A stretch of DNA of 64,000 nucleotides from Gammaproteobacteria bacterium (GCA_965222155.1 CBDCTH010000012.1:1696001-1760000), one strand, 5' to 3'. Shown: positions 49,812-60,086, counted from the stretch's first letter. Numbers and translations are program-made. Notes: a model not told the origin generated them from the sequence alone.

Positions 49812-51911
49812 GTGCAGTTCCGTATCGCAAACAGCTTTACAAAAGCACTGGGCAAATTGAATGCCAAGGAGCAGTCTGCCACCAAGATCACGGTTTTTGA
49901 CTTACAGCAGAACCCCGCAACGCCCGGACTACAGTTTCACCGTATCGATAGCTCCAGAGACCCGCGCTTCTGGTCAATGCGTGTTAACCAGGACATTCGG
50001 GTAATAATCCATAAGACTGAAGATAGCTTTTTGGTCTGTTACGTGAATCACCACAATGATGCCTATAAGTGGGCGCAACGAAGACGTATTGAAACCCATC
50101 CCAAAACCGGCGCTGCCCAGATAGTCGAGGTGCGCGAACGGGTTGAAGAAGCTACGGCCCCTTACTTACCAAAGTTGGGGCCACATGCGTTTAGCGTAGC
50201 GGATTCCCCTGGAGAGCCATACCTTCCCGGTCCCTTTTCCAGGTTGTCTGAACAAGCTTTGCTCGGTGTCGGCGTACCAGAAGACTGGGTCATAGATATT
50301 CGGCAGGCATCTGAGGACGACTTTCTTGACATCGCCGGGCATCTTCCATCTGAGGCGTCTGACGCACTGCTCGACTTCGTAAGCAGCGGAATCCTGCCCC
50401 AGCCTGTGCCAGTTGTTGCCGAAATCGATCCTTTTGAGCACCCGGATGCGTTACGCCGTTTTCGGGTACTGGAAAACGCGGAAGAACTGGAGCGTGCTCT
50501 ATCCTACCCCTGGGAGCAATGGGCGATCTTTCTGCATCCATCACAACGACATTTGGTGAATCGGCAGTTCGACGGCCCTGCCCGCGTGTCCGGTTCAGCC
50601 GGAACTGGAAAAACCGTTGTCGCGCTGCACCGCGCTGCTGCGATTCTGCGGAAAGACAGACAAGCCAAGGTACTTCTGACAACCTTTTCCCTACCCCTCG
50701 CCAACGCATTGAAACATAAGTTAAGCATACTGACCGGCAACGGCAATACCAATGTGACAATCCTGCCGTTCGAAGGCATTGCGGCTGAGCTTTTTACACT
50801 TGCTTTTGGTCGCACGCCTCGGGTCGCTACCGAAGAACAGGTAAAAAGAGTGCTGGAAACGGCAGCAAACGAACTTGAGAACACAGGTTTCACTATTCAA
50901 TTTCTTGTTTCTGAATGGCGCAATGTCATTGATGCCTGGCAGGTTGATAACCTGGAAACTTACCAGAACGTACCGCGTATCGGTCGCCGCAGTCGTATCA
51001 GTGCAGGGCAACGGGAAAGAGCCTGGCCGATATTTGCCCGCACCCGGGAGTTGCTTGTCAGGCAGGGGCTACATACCTGGCCGGAGATTTTTGGTGAGGT
51101 GACGTCATATTTCACTTCACAGAACCACAAACCTTTTACCCATATAATCGTCGATGAGGCCCAGGACCTGGGTGTGCCCGAGCTCAGACTGTTTGCTGCG
51201 CTGAAATCAGAAACCCCGGACGCGTTATTCTTCAGCGGCGATATCGGCCAGCGAATATTCCAGCGACCCTTCTCATGGAAGGCGCTCGGCGTCGACATAC
51301 GTGGACGCTCCCATGCCCTGAAAGTCAACTACCGTACATCCCACCAGATCAGGAGAGCGGCTGACCGACTCCTGCCACCCGTTATCAGGGACGTGGATGG
51401 GAATGAAGAAGTCCGGCGGGACGTCATTTTCGTTTTTAACGGCCTCGAACCGCAGGTCAAAACATTCGATAACGTCGGACAGGAAACCGAAGAAGTGGCT
51501 GCCTGGGTACGGAAAATCATAGAGGACGGAACAACACCGGAAGAGATAGGCATATTTGTACGCAGCAATAATGAGTTATCACGTGCTCGCGAGGTAGTAA
51601 AACAAGCGGCACAAACACCCCTGGAGCTTTCCATCCGAGTAGAAAATCGTGATGGCCGCATCTCCATCGGCACCATGCACTTGGCAAAAGGCCTGGAATT
51701 TCAGGCTGTGGTGGTCATGGCCTGTGGCGATGACGTTCTACCGTTACAGGAACGTATCGAAACGATCGCCGATGAAGATGAATTGGACGAAGTATTTGAA
51801 ACCGAGCGACACCTGTTCTACGTAGCCTGCACCAGAGCAAGAGACCGCTTGCTGATATCAGGTGTCGAGCCGGTATCAGAGTTTTTTGAGGATTTTTTGG
51901 AGGGAGGGTGA
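49812..51911 (+). CDS. SF1 UvrD-like helicase with N-terminal RelE-like domain
   Basis: N-terminal F.KAL.KL...PGLQFHRI...FWSMRVNQDIR; GSAGTGKT, VDEAQD, GDIGQRI, NYRT, AKGLEF, YVACTRAR. Confidence 0.88.
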   Translation: MQFRIANSFTKALGKLNAKEQSATKITVFDLQQNPATPGLQFHRIDSSRDPRFWSMRVNQDIRVIIHKTEDSFLVCYVNHHNDAYKWAQRRRIETHPKTGAAQIVEVRERVEEATAPYLPKLGPHAFSVADSPGEPYLPGPFSRLSEQALLGVGVPEDWVIDIRQASEDDFLDIAGHLPSEASDALLDFVSSGILPQPVPVVAEIDPFEHPDALRRFRVLENAEELERALSYPWEQWAIFLHPSQRHLVNRQFDGPARVSGSAGTGKTVVALHRAAAILRKDRQAKVLLTTFSLPLANALKHKLSILTGNGNTNVTILPFEGIAAELFTLAFGRTPRVATEEQVKRVLETAANELENTGFTIQFLVSEWRNVIDAWQVDNLETYQNVPRIGRRSRISAGQRERAWPIFARTRELLVRQGLHTWPEIFGEVTSYFTSQNHKPFTHIIVDEAQDLGVPELRLFAALKSETPDALFFSGDIGQRIFQRPFSWKALGVDIRGRSHALKVNYRTSHQIRRAADRLLPPVIRDVDGNEEVRRDVIFVFNGLEPQVKTFDNVGQETEEVAAWVRKIIEDGTTPEEIGIFVRSNNELSRAREVVKQAAQTPLELSIRVENRDGRISIGTMHLAKGLEFQAVVVMACGDDVLPLQERIETIADEDELDEVFETERHLFYVACTRARDRLLISGVEPVSEFFEDFLEGG

Positions 51912-52118
51912 TTTTGAAATTTGGTAGTCAAACCTATGTGGCTTCGTACTGTTTAAGAACCCTCAATTCAGTCAGTTAAGAACAATGAATACAGAACAGC
52001 GGCTAAGCGCGAAATGCCATTGAAACAGATCCGGGAAAAAGATATGGTAAACCAATTGTTGTAGTCGGCATCAAATATAGTAAATTAGACCTACAATCAT
52101 AAGAGTACACTAGCGGTC

Positions 52119-52397
52119 GTGGAGGCGATTGGTTTCATGATCGGCGTGCAGCGTCGCACCTTCCGCGACCAGTACCCGGTAAATATACAGGCTGCCGAGC
52201 TGGTTGGGCAGTTACACGATTCTCTATTTGAATCAGGCTACCGCGGCCACGACCTGGAACGTTTCCTGGTGCGGATTGTGTTCTGCCTGTTTGCTTACGA
52301 CACCGGTATCTTCGAGCCGCGCGATATCTTCCTTTATTACATCGAAACCCACACGGGGGAGGACGGTTATCAACTCGCAACCATTGGAAATTTATTC
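52119..52397 (+). pseudogene. Remnant of an MmeI-like type IIL restriction-modification gene
   Basis: FRDQ.PVNI.AAEL.GQLHDSL..SGY.GHDLERFLVRIVFCLFA.DTGIFEPR...T.EDG; GC-richer than the sequence that follows. Confidence 0.7.
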
Positions 52398-52952
52398 ATG
52401 GGCATCAAATTGAAAAGACAAGATAAAACTGACAGCAAGGATAACTTAGCAAATTTGAGGCACGGACAAGCTATAGCAATGCAGTACGTGGGATATTTAC
52501 TCCAGCGGCTTCCTGAAGAAAAAAACCAAAAGTACCTTAGCGGATTATTAGAGAATGTTACCTTAGAAGGCGGGGGAAATGGTATTGAACAAACACGTTT
52601 AGGGTGCAATTGGGTAGTTAATATAGTAATGGCTCTTACAGTAGAATTTGCGTTGAAGGCATTGCTGATAAAAAATAGAGTAGCACCCCATAATCGACAC
52701 GACTTGTTGAAATTGTACACACAACTCTCACTTGAGACACGGAACCAACTTGAAAACAAATTTCGAACCTTTATTGAAAATGGGGAAGTTATTGGTACAG
52801 ATTCTCTATGCCAACTTCTGACATCTCACAAAGATGATTTCGTAGATTGGCGCTATCTTGATAAAGAGCCAGAAAATCTAATTTCCGAGTGTCGCGAATT
52901 GCAATTTGCAGTTCTCGCAATTTTAGATGTATATGACTCAGAGAGATTGTGA
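52398..52952 (+). CDS. HEPN-like protein (in frame with the upstream MmeI remnant)
   Basis: VEFALKALL, HDLLKLY, FVDWRY pattern; AT-rich. Confidence 0.6.
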   Translation: MGIKLKRQDKTDSKDNLANLRHGQAIAMQYVGYLLQRLPEEKNQKYLSGLLENVTLEGGGNGIEQTRLGCNWVVNIVMALTVEFALKALLIKNRVAPHNRHDLLKLYTQLSLETRNQLENKFRTFIENGEVIGTDSLCQLLTSHKDDFVDWRYLDKEPENLISECRELQFAVLAILDVYDSERL

Positions 52953-53100
52953 TCCCCTCCCAGTAAATGTGCGTTTTCTTATAGGCAGAGCCAGCCATTT
53001 ATCCTGTTTATATGGTTTGTAATACCTGTTTTACAAAAGGGCAAGTTTTGATGACGTATAGCGTATACATATCCTGTATACCTTGTTAAGATTCTAATCC

Positions 53101-53379
53101 ATGATTCAGAGTTTCAAGGACTCAAAGACTGAACGATTTTACGGCGGTCAACGAGTCCAGAGCTTTCAAGGGTTTGCTGATCAGGCGATTCGTCGATTGG
53201 CCGTTTTGGACAACGCGGAATCGTTGCGGGATTTAGCGGGACTGCGGAGTAATCGACTGGAAGCGTTATTCGGTAATCGGGCAGGACAATACAGTATTCG
53301 AATCAATCGACAATGGCGGATATGTTTCCGCTGGGAAGACGACGGTCCCTATGACGTTGAGATAGTGGACTATCACTGA
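53101..53379 (+). CDS. higB: HigB (RelE/ParE-family) toxin
   Basis: MIQSFKD..TE, SNRLEAL.G.R.GQYSIRIN.QWRICF.W...VEIVDYH. Confidence 0.93.
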   Translation: MIQSFKDSKTERFYGGQRVQSFQGFADQAIRRLAVLDNAESLRDLAGLRSNRLEALFGNRAGQYSIRINRQWRICFRWEDDGPYDVEIVDYH

Positions 53380-53392
53380 TGAGGATGAAGAC

Positions 53393-53695
53393 ATGAGCGA
53401 GAATAATATGCGCCCGGTACACCCCGGTGAGATTTTGCGTGAAGAGCTGGAGGAACTAGGCATGTCGGCTAAGGCAATCGCCCGTGAATTGGGTGTGCCT
53501 CAAAATCGGATTTCGGACATTTTGAGAGGGCGACGGGGAATTACTGCCGACACAGCACTCCGGCTGGCTCGCTATCTCAATACGACACCGCAATTGTGGC
53601 TGAACCTGCAAAAAGCCTATGAATTGCGGGTAGCTGAACTCGAAGCGGGCAAGGACATTGCAAAACAAGTGAAACCAAGACAGGAGGCTGCTTAG
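53393..53695 (+). CDS. higA: HigA antitoxin
   Basis: RPVHPGEILREE, ITADTALRLARY, WLNLQ..YEL. Confidence 0.93.
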   Translation: MSENNMRPVHPGEILREELEELGMSAKAIARELGVPQNRISDILRGRRGITADTALRLARYLNTTPQLWLNLQKAYELRVAELEAGKDIAKQVKPRQEAA

Positions 53696-53893
53696 TTCTA
53701 TGGGCACACGAAACTCTTTTTGTACCCAAACAATCTGACGAGGTAGTAATCAATTGTTTTCGTAAGTTCGCGGAAGAAATCGGAAATACATCGTTTCAAG
53801 TTACTGCGTTCGGTGGCTCTACATTTAATATCGATTTAATTGGCTATTCTGTTATTCTTGAACGCCACCTGAACTGAAAAGGAGGAAGTCATC

Positions 53894-54514
53894 ATGGAAA
53901 ATGAACTGCATCGAGCACCTGCCACCCCTGAAGAAATCTGGGCTATCCTGCGAGAAGTCTCCGAGAAGCAAAAAGAATCGCGGAGAATAGCTGACCAGGA
54001 AATGGAGGAGCTTCGTGAACGGATGAAGGAAACCGATCGGCAGATGAAGGAGACCGACCGGCGCATCGATAAGCGGATGAAGAAGCTGGAAGGGTTGTTT
54101 ACGACGCAGTGGGGCAAGCTGATGGAAAGTCTGGTGGAGGGGGACCTGGTGGCGCTGTTGCAGGCGCGCGGCATCAGGGTGGAGTCCACCTATCCGCGGG
54201 TGAAGGGTCGGCGCAATGGCGGGCATTATGAGTTTGACATCCTGGCCGGGAACGGGGCGGAGCTGGTGGTGGTAGAGGTAAAGACCACGTTGAACGTCGA
54301 CCACGTGAAGCAGTTTCTGGCCAAGCTGGGAAGGTTCATGGAGTATCAACCGGTGTACCGGGGCAAGCAGGTCTACGGTGCAGTGGCGTATTTGCAGGCA
54401 GAGCAGGCCGCGGAGGTGTATGCACAGCGGCAGGGGTTGTATGTCATCCGGGCCACCGGCAGCAGTGCCTGTATCATCAATGATACGGACTTTACACCCC
54501 GGGTGTTTGACTGA
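53894..54514 (+). CDS. Coiled-coil plus PD-(D/E)XK nuclease-domain protein, copy 1
   Basis: KETDR heptads, WGKLMESL, EFDIL...VVVEVKT. Confidence 0.8.
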   Translation: MENELHRAPATPEEIWAILREVSEKQKESRRIADQEMEELRERMKETDRQMKETDRRIDKRMKKLEGLFTTQWGKLMESLVEGDLVALLQARGIRVESTYPRVKGRRNGGHYEFDILAGNGAELVVVEVKTTLNVDHVKQFLAKLGRFMEYQPVYRGKQVYGAVAYLQAEQAAEVYAQRQGLYVIRATGSSACIINDTDFTPRVFD

Positions 54515-54965
54515 AACAGGGAAACAGGGGACAGACCTTGCGGAAAACGGGGTCCGGCCCCTATTTTTTACCGACCCCTTTTACCTGTCATTATAAGGAT
54601 CCTGTAGGATTGCACTGAGGGGCGAATCATTCCATTACTAGGTGATGCAATGATCGCGCTGGATTTGTGATGTGCGCCTTCCCTGGCGCATCCCCTGCGG
54701 GCGTCCAAATCTGCTCCGGGCAGATTTGTGACCGGCCAGCGGGTGCCTGCGACGATGATCATAGCCGTAGCTACGGTATGCCTCCCAAAAGCTAACATGA
54801 TAAAGCTTGTCCCGTACACCGATACGGGACCGGACAGATTATGTGTTACAGATACGGACATTATATTTGTTCCTAACACTGCTGTTGGAAAACACTGAAA
54901 TTTGTTGTACATTGGCTATTCTGTTATTCTTGAACGCCACCTGAACTGAAAAGGAGGAAGTCATC

Positions 54966-55595
54966 ATGGAAAATGAACTACATCGAGCACCTGCCACCCC
55001 TGAAGAAATCTGGGCTATCCTGCGAGAGGTCTCCGAGAAGCAAAAAGAAGCGCAAGAACAGAGGAGAAAAGCTGACCAGGAAATGGAGGAGCTTCGTGAA
55101 CGGATGAAGGAGACCGATCGGCAGATGAAGGAGACCGACCGGCGCATCGATAAGCGGATGAAGAAGCTGGAAGGGTTGTTTACGACGCAGTGGGGCAAGC
55201 TGATGGAAAGTCTGGTGGAGGGGGACCTGGTGGCGCTGTTGCAGGCGCGTGGCATCAGGGTGGAGTCCACCTATCCCCGGGTGAAGGGTCGGCGCAATGG
55301 CGAGCATTATGAGTTTGACATCCTGGCCGGGAACGGGGCGGAGCTGGTGGTGGTAGAGGTAAAGACCACGTTGAACGTCGACCACGTGAAGCAGTTTCTG
55401 GCCAAGCTGGGAAGGTTCATGGAGTATCAACCGGTGTACCGGGGCAAGCAGGTCTACGGTGCAGTGGCGTATTTGCAGGCAGAGCAGGCCGCGGAGGTGT
55501 ATGCACAGCGGCAGGGGTTGTATGTCATCCGGGCCACCGGCAGCAGTGCCTGTATCATCAATGATGCGGACTTTACGCCCCGGGTGTTTGACTGA
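54966..55595 (+). CDS. Coiled-coil plus PD-(D/E)XK nuclease-domain protein, copy 2
   Basis: Same as copy 1 with KEAQEQRRK instead of KESRRI. Confidence 0.8.
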   Translation: MENELHRAPATPEEIWAILREVSEKQKEAQEQRRKADQEMEELRERMKETDRQMKETDRRIDKRMKKLEGLFTTQWGKLMESLVEGDLVALLQARGIRVESTYPRVKGRRNGEHYEFDILAGNGAELVVVEVKTTLNVDHVKQFLAKLGRFMEYQPVYRGKQVYGAVAYLQAEQAAEVYAQRQGLYVIRATGSSACIINDADFTPRVFD

Positions 55596-55790
55596 AACAG
55601 GGAAATTGGAAGACGCCTTCACTATCGCCCAGCTGGCCGCAGCCATACGGCGGGTGGATTGTCGTTATGGGCCAGTGACCTGGTGGTTGCATCAACTGGC
55701 CTCCCCCGGCATTGCAGCGTCGCTTCAAATGGATCAAGTCAGCCCCCTGTGACAAGACTTGCGCTGCCCTTATCACCACCGAACTCCCGC

Positions 55791-55876
55791 GATATTTGGG
55801 GTCAGAGTAAAAATACTCAACAACAAGCCACTACCACTTGCCAAACTGACTGTATTTTACTCTGACCCCAAATATC
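55791..55876. repeat. 22-bp perfect inverted repeat GATATTTGGGGTCAGAGTAAAA (REP/MITE-like)
   Basis: Arms at 55791-55812 and 55855-55876; a solo arm occurs at about 24519-24542. Confidence 0.8.
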
Positions 55877-55967
55877 ATCATACCCATTTTTCAACATATC
55901 AAACAGCGCCGATTTGGCATCTCTTGACATCCTCCCGAGCAGTTGCTGATACAAAATTGGACGGTAT

Positions 55968-56465
55968 TTATTCCGGAACCACTCCCAGTACTACTGCCAG
56001 TGAACAATGTGGCGTGAAGTGATTTTCCATGCCGACACACCAATTGTAGTCTCCGCTTTTTGATGGGACGTAAGTGGGTTTTTCATCTTCACTGTTGTTA
56101 CAGAAACACCGGCCACAACTGCCTTTCCCACAACAGTCCCGATAAGAAATGATATATGCCCTGCCATCATCAGGATTGTGACAAGTACCAAGCCAGGAAA
56201 GTGTTGATGGGACCGATCCCGGAGGACAAGTGTCGTAGGATCCACCGCAACAATCACACAGGTATCCATCAATCGCGCAGTATCGCCAATAATCACAGGA
56301 ACGCGCCTCACCTCCCCGGTTGGCTGCTCCTCTCGCCACCGGCAACATTGGCACAACCGAAGCGCCGACAAGTAATACACCCAGTTTAGCTAAAAAGCTT
56401 CGCCGTGAAGTACGGCGCACAAAATACCTGACTATGGTTTCTATTTGGCGTTCAAGCTTCAGCAT
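55968..56465 (-). CDS. mauA: TTQ amine dehydrogenase light chain (MauA/AauA; aralkylamine-type)
   Basis: Tat SRRSFL, CDYWRYCAIDG, SWLGTCHNP and DYNWC (TTQ Trp pair), YRDCCG; 14 Cys in the mature part. Confidence 0.9.
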   Translation of the reverse strand: MLKLERQIETIVRYFVRRTSRRSFLAKLGVLLVGASVVPMLPVARGAANRGGEARSCDYWRYCAIDGYLCDCCGGSYDTCPPGSVPSTLSWLGTCHNPDDGRAYIISYRDCCGKGSCGRCFCNNSEDEKPTYVPSKSGDYNWCVGMENHFTPHCSLAVVLGVVPE

Positions 56466-56482
56466 AGTAGTTGTGATAAATT

Positions 56483-57640
56483 TTAATGGGATTGCAGTAC
56501 CATTGGTGAATATCCCAGGTTACTTACCGTACGTAAATATTCGCCACTTATTGCATCATAGATATCCAGTGACGGACTCACGGGAAATGAGGTAAATAAA
56601 AGTGGCTTTGAATCTTGACTGACATGTATTGATGCGACAAGGTTTTTTGTGTTGATGCGCTGAACACGCATTTTTGTATTCAAATCAAAAACCCATATCT
56701 CCTTTCCGGGATCATCATGGCTATATTTTTTTCCCTGGTGCATAACGATATAAAGTCTTTTCGTTTCTTCATGCACTGCAAGTGGCTGCACGCCACCTGG
56801 GCGCCAGGATTCTTCCCTGTCCAATTCAGTCAATAACGACCATCTGTCAGGGAAAGCAGGCTCCTCTTGCGATACATCAACCGGATATATGTAAGCCTCA
56901 TTTGAAAAATACAGCCATTCATTTGCGTAACGAACAGCTTCTTCCTGAACGCTATCCTCCATCGGATCAAAAAATGATTTACTCCTGCCTTTCTTCAATA
57001 CGTTACCCGTTTCATCCAGATAGACACTGAACAAACTCCCATCACCACACAACATATTGAAATGCCGCGGTCCGCTTGGATAGATCAGAACGCAACCCGG
57101 CGATTCTATTTCACCGATAAATTTACGTGATTTAACATCGACTACGCTGACAGACATACTGGGCGTAAAATTATTGATCAACATGAACTGATCATTATCC
57201 GTTAATGCTGCGTGGTATAAAGTGGGGGTTGTAATCGCTCGCTTGGGCGGTATGGGAATTTCATCAACAGGATTGAGGGTGCCGGCATCATACACGGCGA
57301 CAAAATCACTGCGTTTGCCTCGATGCGCCCTGGAGTAGTATGTCTGTGCGGCATAGATCTCCCGTTGATGAGAGGGAATAGTCAGGGAGAGAAACATTAA
57401 TCCCGTGCTTAACATACCCAGATACTCGCCCGTGTCACCATCGATCAAAGTTGAACGACCATCAGCGATGAAATCAAAGACCATATCATTGACCCACACC
57501 CGATGCGGATTGGATATATCTGTCAGTTCATGCACTGTTACCTGCTCAGGTTTTACTTCAGCGAAACAATTTGAAATAACCAATAAAGCTATAATCAGAA
57601 ATAACGGCTTATTCACATTGTGCTCCGATAATGACGACAA
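56483..57640 (-). CDS. mauB: TTQ amine dehydrogenase heavy chain (MauB/AauB beta-propeller)
   Basis: TYYSR..RGKRSD.V.VYD, NFTP..SVSVVD, PGC, WRPGG.Q. Confidence 0.9.
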   Translation of the reverse strand: MSSLSEHNVNKPLFLIIALLVISNCFAEVKPEQVTVHELTDISNPHRVWVNDMVFDFIADGRSTLIDGDTGEYLGMLSTGLMFLSLTIPSHQREIYAAQTYYSRAHRGKRSDFVAVYDAGTLNPVDEIPIPPKRAITTPTLYHAALTDNDQFMLINNFTPSMSVSVVDVKSRKFIGEIESPGCVLIYPSGPRHFNMLCGDGSLFSVYLDETGNVLKKGRSKSFFDPMEDSVQEEAVRYANEWLYFSNEAYIYPVDVSQEEPAFPDRWSLLTELDREESWRPGGVQPLAVHEETKRLYIVMHQGKKYSHDDPGKEIWVFDLNTKMRVQRINTKNLVASIHVSQDSKPLLFTSFPVSPSLDIYDAISGEYLRTVSNLGYSPMVLQSH

Positions 57641-57690
57641 TAGTTAAGTTACACCAGAATTGGTATCAGATCACATCCTAACATTCCTAA

Positions 57691-57831
<141 letters not shown>

Positions 57832-57865
57832 TAAGATTGCTGCTGATGCTTTTAGATAAAATTTG

Positions 57866-60001
57866 TCATATCTTACCGACCTCGCACATCAGCCCTTTCA
57901 GGTTGGTCGAACCGGATTCAGGTCCGACATTCAGATCATCGGTGAGGAAATTGATGTTACATTCCCTGAAGCCATAGTCCGGCGCTTCTCTTTCCGGATA
58001 CCACCAAGCGAACTCGGCTGCCACCACGCGTGGGTCAATGCCGTCGCTTACTTTTGCCTTATGTTTTACTCTGCCACGCGGGCTTTCGATGTAAATCCAG
58101 TCGCCATGTTCTATATTTCTTGCAGCGGCCGTATCCGGGTGGATAGTCAACAAGGGATCGGGATGTGTTTTGCGCAGTAACGGGCTTTGCCGGTGTTCAG
58201 ATCCGAAATATTCCTGGACGCGCGTTCCGGTCGTTAATACCAGGGGGTATTTTTCCAGAAATTCTGGCTCCCGGGCCGGACTCTCCGGTGGTTCCTGGTG
58301 AAACGGCAGCGGGTCGTATCCCCAGTCCTTGTTTTGTTGTATGTAGAAATCCAGCTTGCCGGACTTGGATTTGAACCCCTCAGTCTCGTATTTCCTGTAC
58401 CTGGGCTCATTGCGCAGGTAATCCATCTCCTTGAATTGTTCCCAGGTGACACCGGCTGGCGCGAGGATGTAGTCCAGGGACTCTTCATAGTTCTCCCAGA
58501 AAGAATCCTCAAATCCCAGTTTCTTGCCCAGTTCGTTGAGGATCTCGACGTCAGCCATTGCCTCGCCAGGCGCATCCACAATCTTGGGCCTGGGGAAGAT
58601 ATAGCCGTGGGATTTCCAGTAGTCCGCGATGTTATCGAACTCGATCCAGGTCTTTGCCGGAAGGACGATATCCGCAAGCTCCGTTGTCGGGGTGGGAAAG
58701 ATATCCGCCACTACCAGGAATTCGATCTTCTTCAGCGATTCATAAACCCGTGACGTATTCGCCCTGACCACCAGCGGGTTGCTGCCCATGACAATCATTG
58801 CCCTGACCGGGTAGGGTTCGCCTGTCTCGATGGCATCCCATATCACATGTGGCGTAATGCGGTTGATAGACGCTGCCAACCGGTAGCGGGTGCCGCCGAG
58901 CATCTTCTCGACATTGTCCAGGAACTGGTTGCCACAGAACTCCATGCGCGGCAGGCCGGGTGGGGGGCCGAACATGACATTGCCGCCGGGGGCATCCAGG
59001 TTGCCGGTCAACGCTGACATATAAATGAGCACGCGATCCGAGTTAGAACAATTGACGCCGTGCTCGATTCCGACGCCCCACTGGATGGCAGAGGGCTTGG
59101 TCTGTGCGAACAGCCTGGCCGCCTCAATGATCTTTTCCTTTGGCACCCAGGAAATTTCCTCGCCGACCTCAGGCGGGTATTCTTCCAGGCGTTCACAAAA
59201 CTCGTCGAACCCCGCCGTATAGTTCTCGACAAAATGGCGGTCATACAGGTCTTCCTTGACCATCACATGCATCATGGCCATAGCCAGCGCGACGTCGGTA
59301 CCTGGTCGGAGTTGTAACCAGATGTCGGCCTTTTCCGCCAGTTGGGTGCGCTGGGGGTCGACGACGATGTAGCTGGGTTTGCGTTTGAGATTCAGGCCCA
59401 GGTTGACGCCGATGTATTCATCGGGATTGGATTTTATCGTGTTGCTGCCCCAGGACATGATGCACTGGGGGTGATTGTCATAATCCACGATGGGGACCGA
59501 CATGCCCAGTTGCTTGGCTACGGCCAGTCTCGGCAGGTAACAGACGTGGCCGTTTGCCAGCACATTGGGTGATCCGAACATATTTGCGACGCGGTATACA
59601 AAGCGATGATGGCTGCGTCCGGTGCCATGTCCGAAGATGACTGACTCCGGTCCGTTCTCCGCTTTGATCCGGTTGAATTTTTCGGCAATGGTACCCAGGG
59701 CTTCGTCCCAGCTGATTCTTTCCCATTTGCCCTCGCCGCGTTCTCCGACCCGCTTTTTGGGGTACAACAGGCGATCCTTGTGGTACTGCAAGTCGGCAAT
59801 GAAGCCTCTTGCCTTCCTGCACAGGTAACCCTTGCTGATGGGGTGATCCATATCACCCCTGATATTCACGGCTTTGCCGTTTTCCAGCGTGACATAGACA
59901 CCGCAACCAGCATGGCCGCAGGCGCGGCAATTGGTGTGGACGACCTCCGTCTCGATTTCCTGGTCTTCGTGGTCAACTACAGAGACTGTTTGTGTGTCCA
60001 T
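57866..60001 (-). CDS. Cytoplasmic Mo/W-bisPGD enzyme, acetylene-hydratase-like clade
   Basis: CRACGHAGC...C Fe-S motif, DRLLYPKKRVGERGEGKWERISW, HVCYLPR, EPYPVRA, YDPLP..EPPESP; no Tat signal. Confidence 0.85.
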   Translation of the reverse strand: MDTQTVSVVDHEDQEIETEVVHTNCRACGHAGCGVYVTLENGKAVNIRGDMDHPISKGYLCRKARGFIADLQYHKDRLLYPKKRVGERGEGKWERISWDEALGTIAEKFNRIKAENGPESVIFGHGTGRSHHRFVYRVANMFGSPNVLANGHVCYLPRLAVAKQLGMSVPIVDYDNHPQCIMSWGSNTIKSNPDEYIGVNLGLNLKRKPSYIVVDPQRTQLAEKADIWLQLRPGTDVALAMAMMHVMVKEDLYDRHFVENYTAGFDEFCERLEEYPPEVGEEISWVPKEKIIEAARLFAQTKPSAIQWGVGIEHGVNCSNSDRVLIYMSALTGNLDAPGGNVMFGPPPGLPRMEFCGNQFLDNVEKMLGGTRYRLAASINRITPHVIWDAIETGEPYPVRAMIVMGSNPLVVRANTSRVYESLKKIEFLVVADIFPTPTTELADIVLPAKTWIEFDNIADYWKSHGYIFPRPKIVDAPGEAMADVEILNELGKKLGFEDSFWENYEESLDYILAPAGVTWEQFKEMDYLRNEPRYRKYETEGFKSKSGKLDFYIQQNKDWGYDPLPFHQEPPESPAREPEFLEKYPLVLTTGTRVQEYFGSEHRQSPLLRKTHPDPLLTIHPDTAAARNIEHGDWIYIESPRGRVKHKAKVSDGIDPRVVAAEFAWWYPEREAPDYGFRECNINFLTDDLNVGPESGSTNLKGLMCEVGKI

Positions 60002-60086
60002 TATCCTGTCAACACTCTGATTTTAGGCGTATAGCGTAAATGTTAGTTTAAATTTATTTACCATTTATGCTATATTTGGTCATATT

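Larger units (their letters stand above)
53839..55605 (+). repeat. About 690-bp near-identical direct duplication (53839-54524 and 54911-55605)
   Basis: Includes the upstream region and gene; 9-nt indel and a few substitutions between copies. Confidence 0.92.

Noticed and set aside
53830-53836. Single ATCGAT as a third copy of the dmp operator
   Set aside because: No second hexamer at 19-bp spacing.
54660-54730. Hairpin-rich stretch as tRNA or riboswitch
   Set aside because: No cloverleaf, T-loop or recognisable aptamer; more likely REP-like palindromes.
57866-60001. True acetylene hydratase
   Set aside because: The catalytic Asp next to the second Fe-S Cys is absent (CGH instead of CD).
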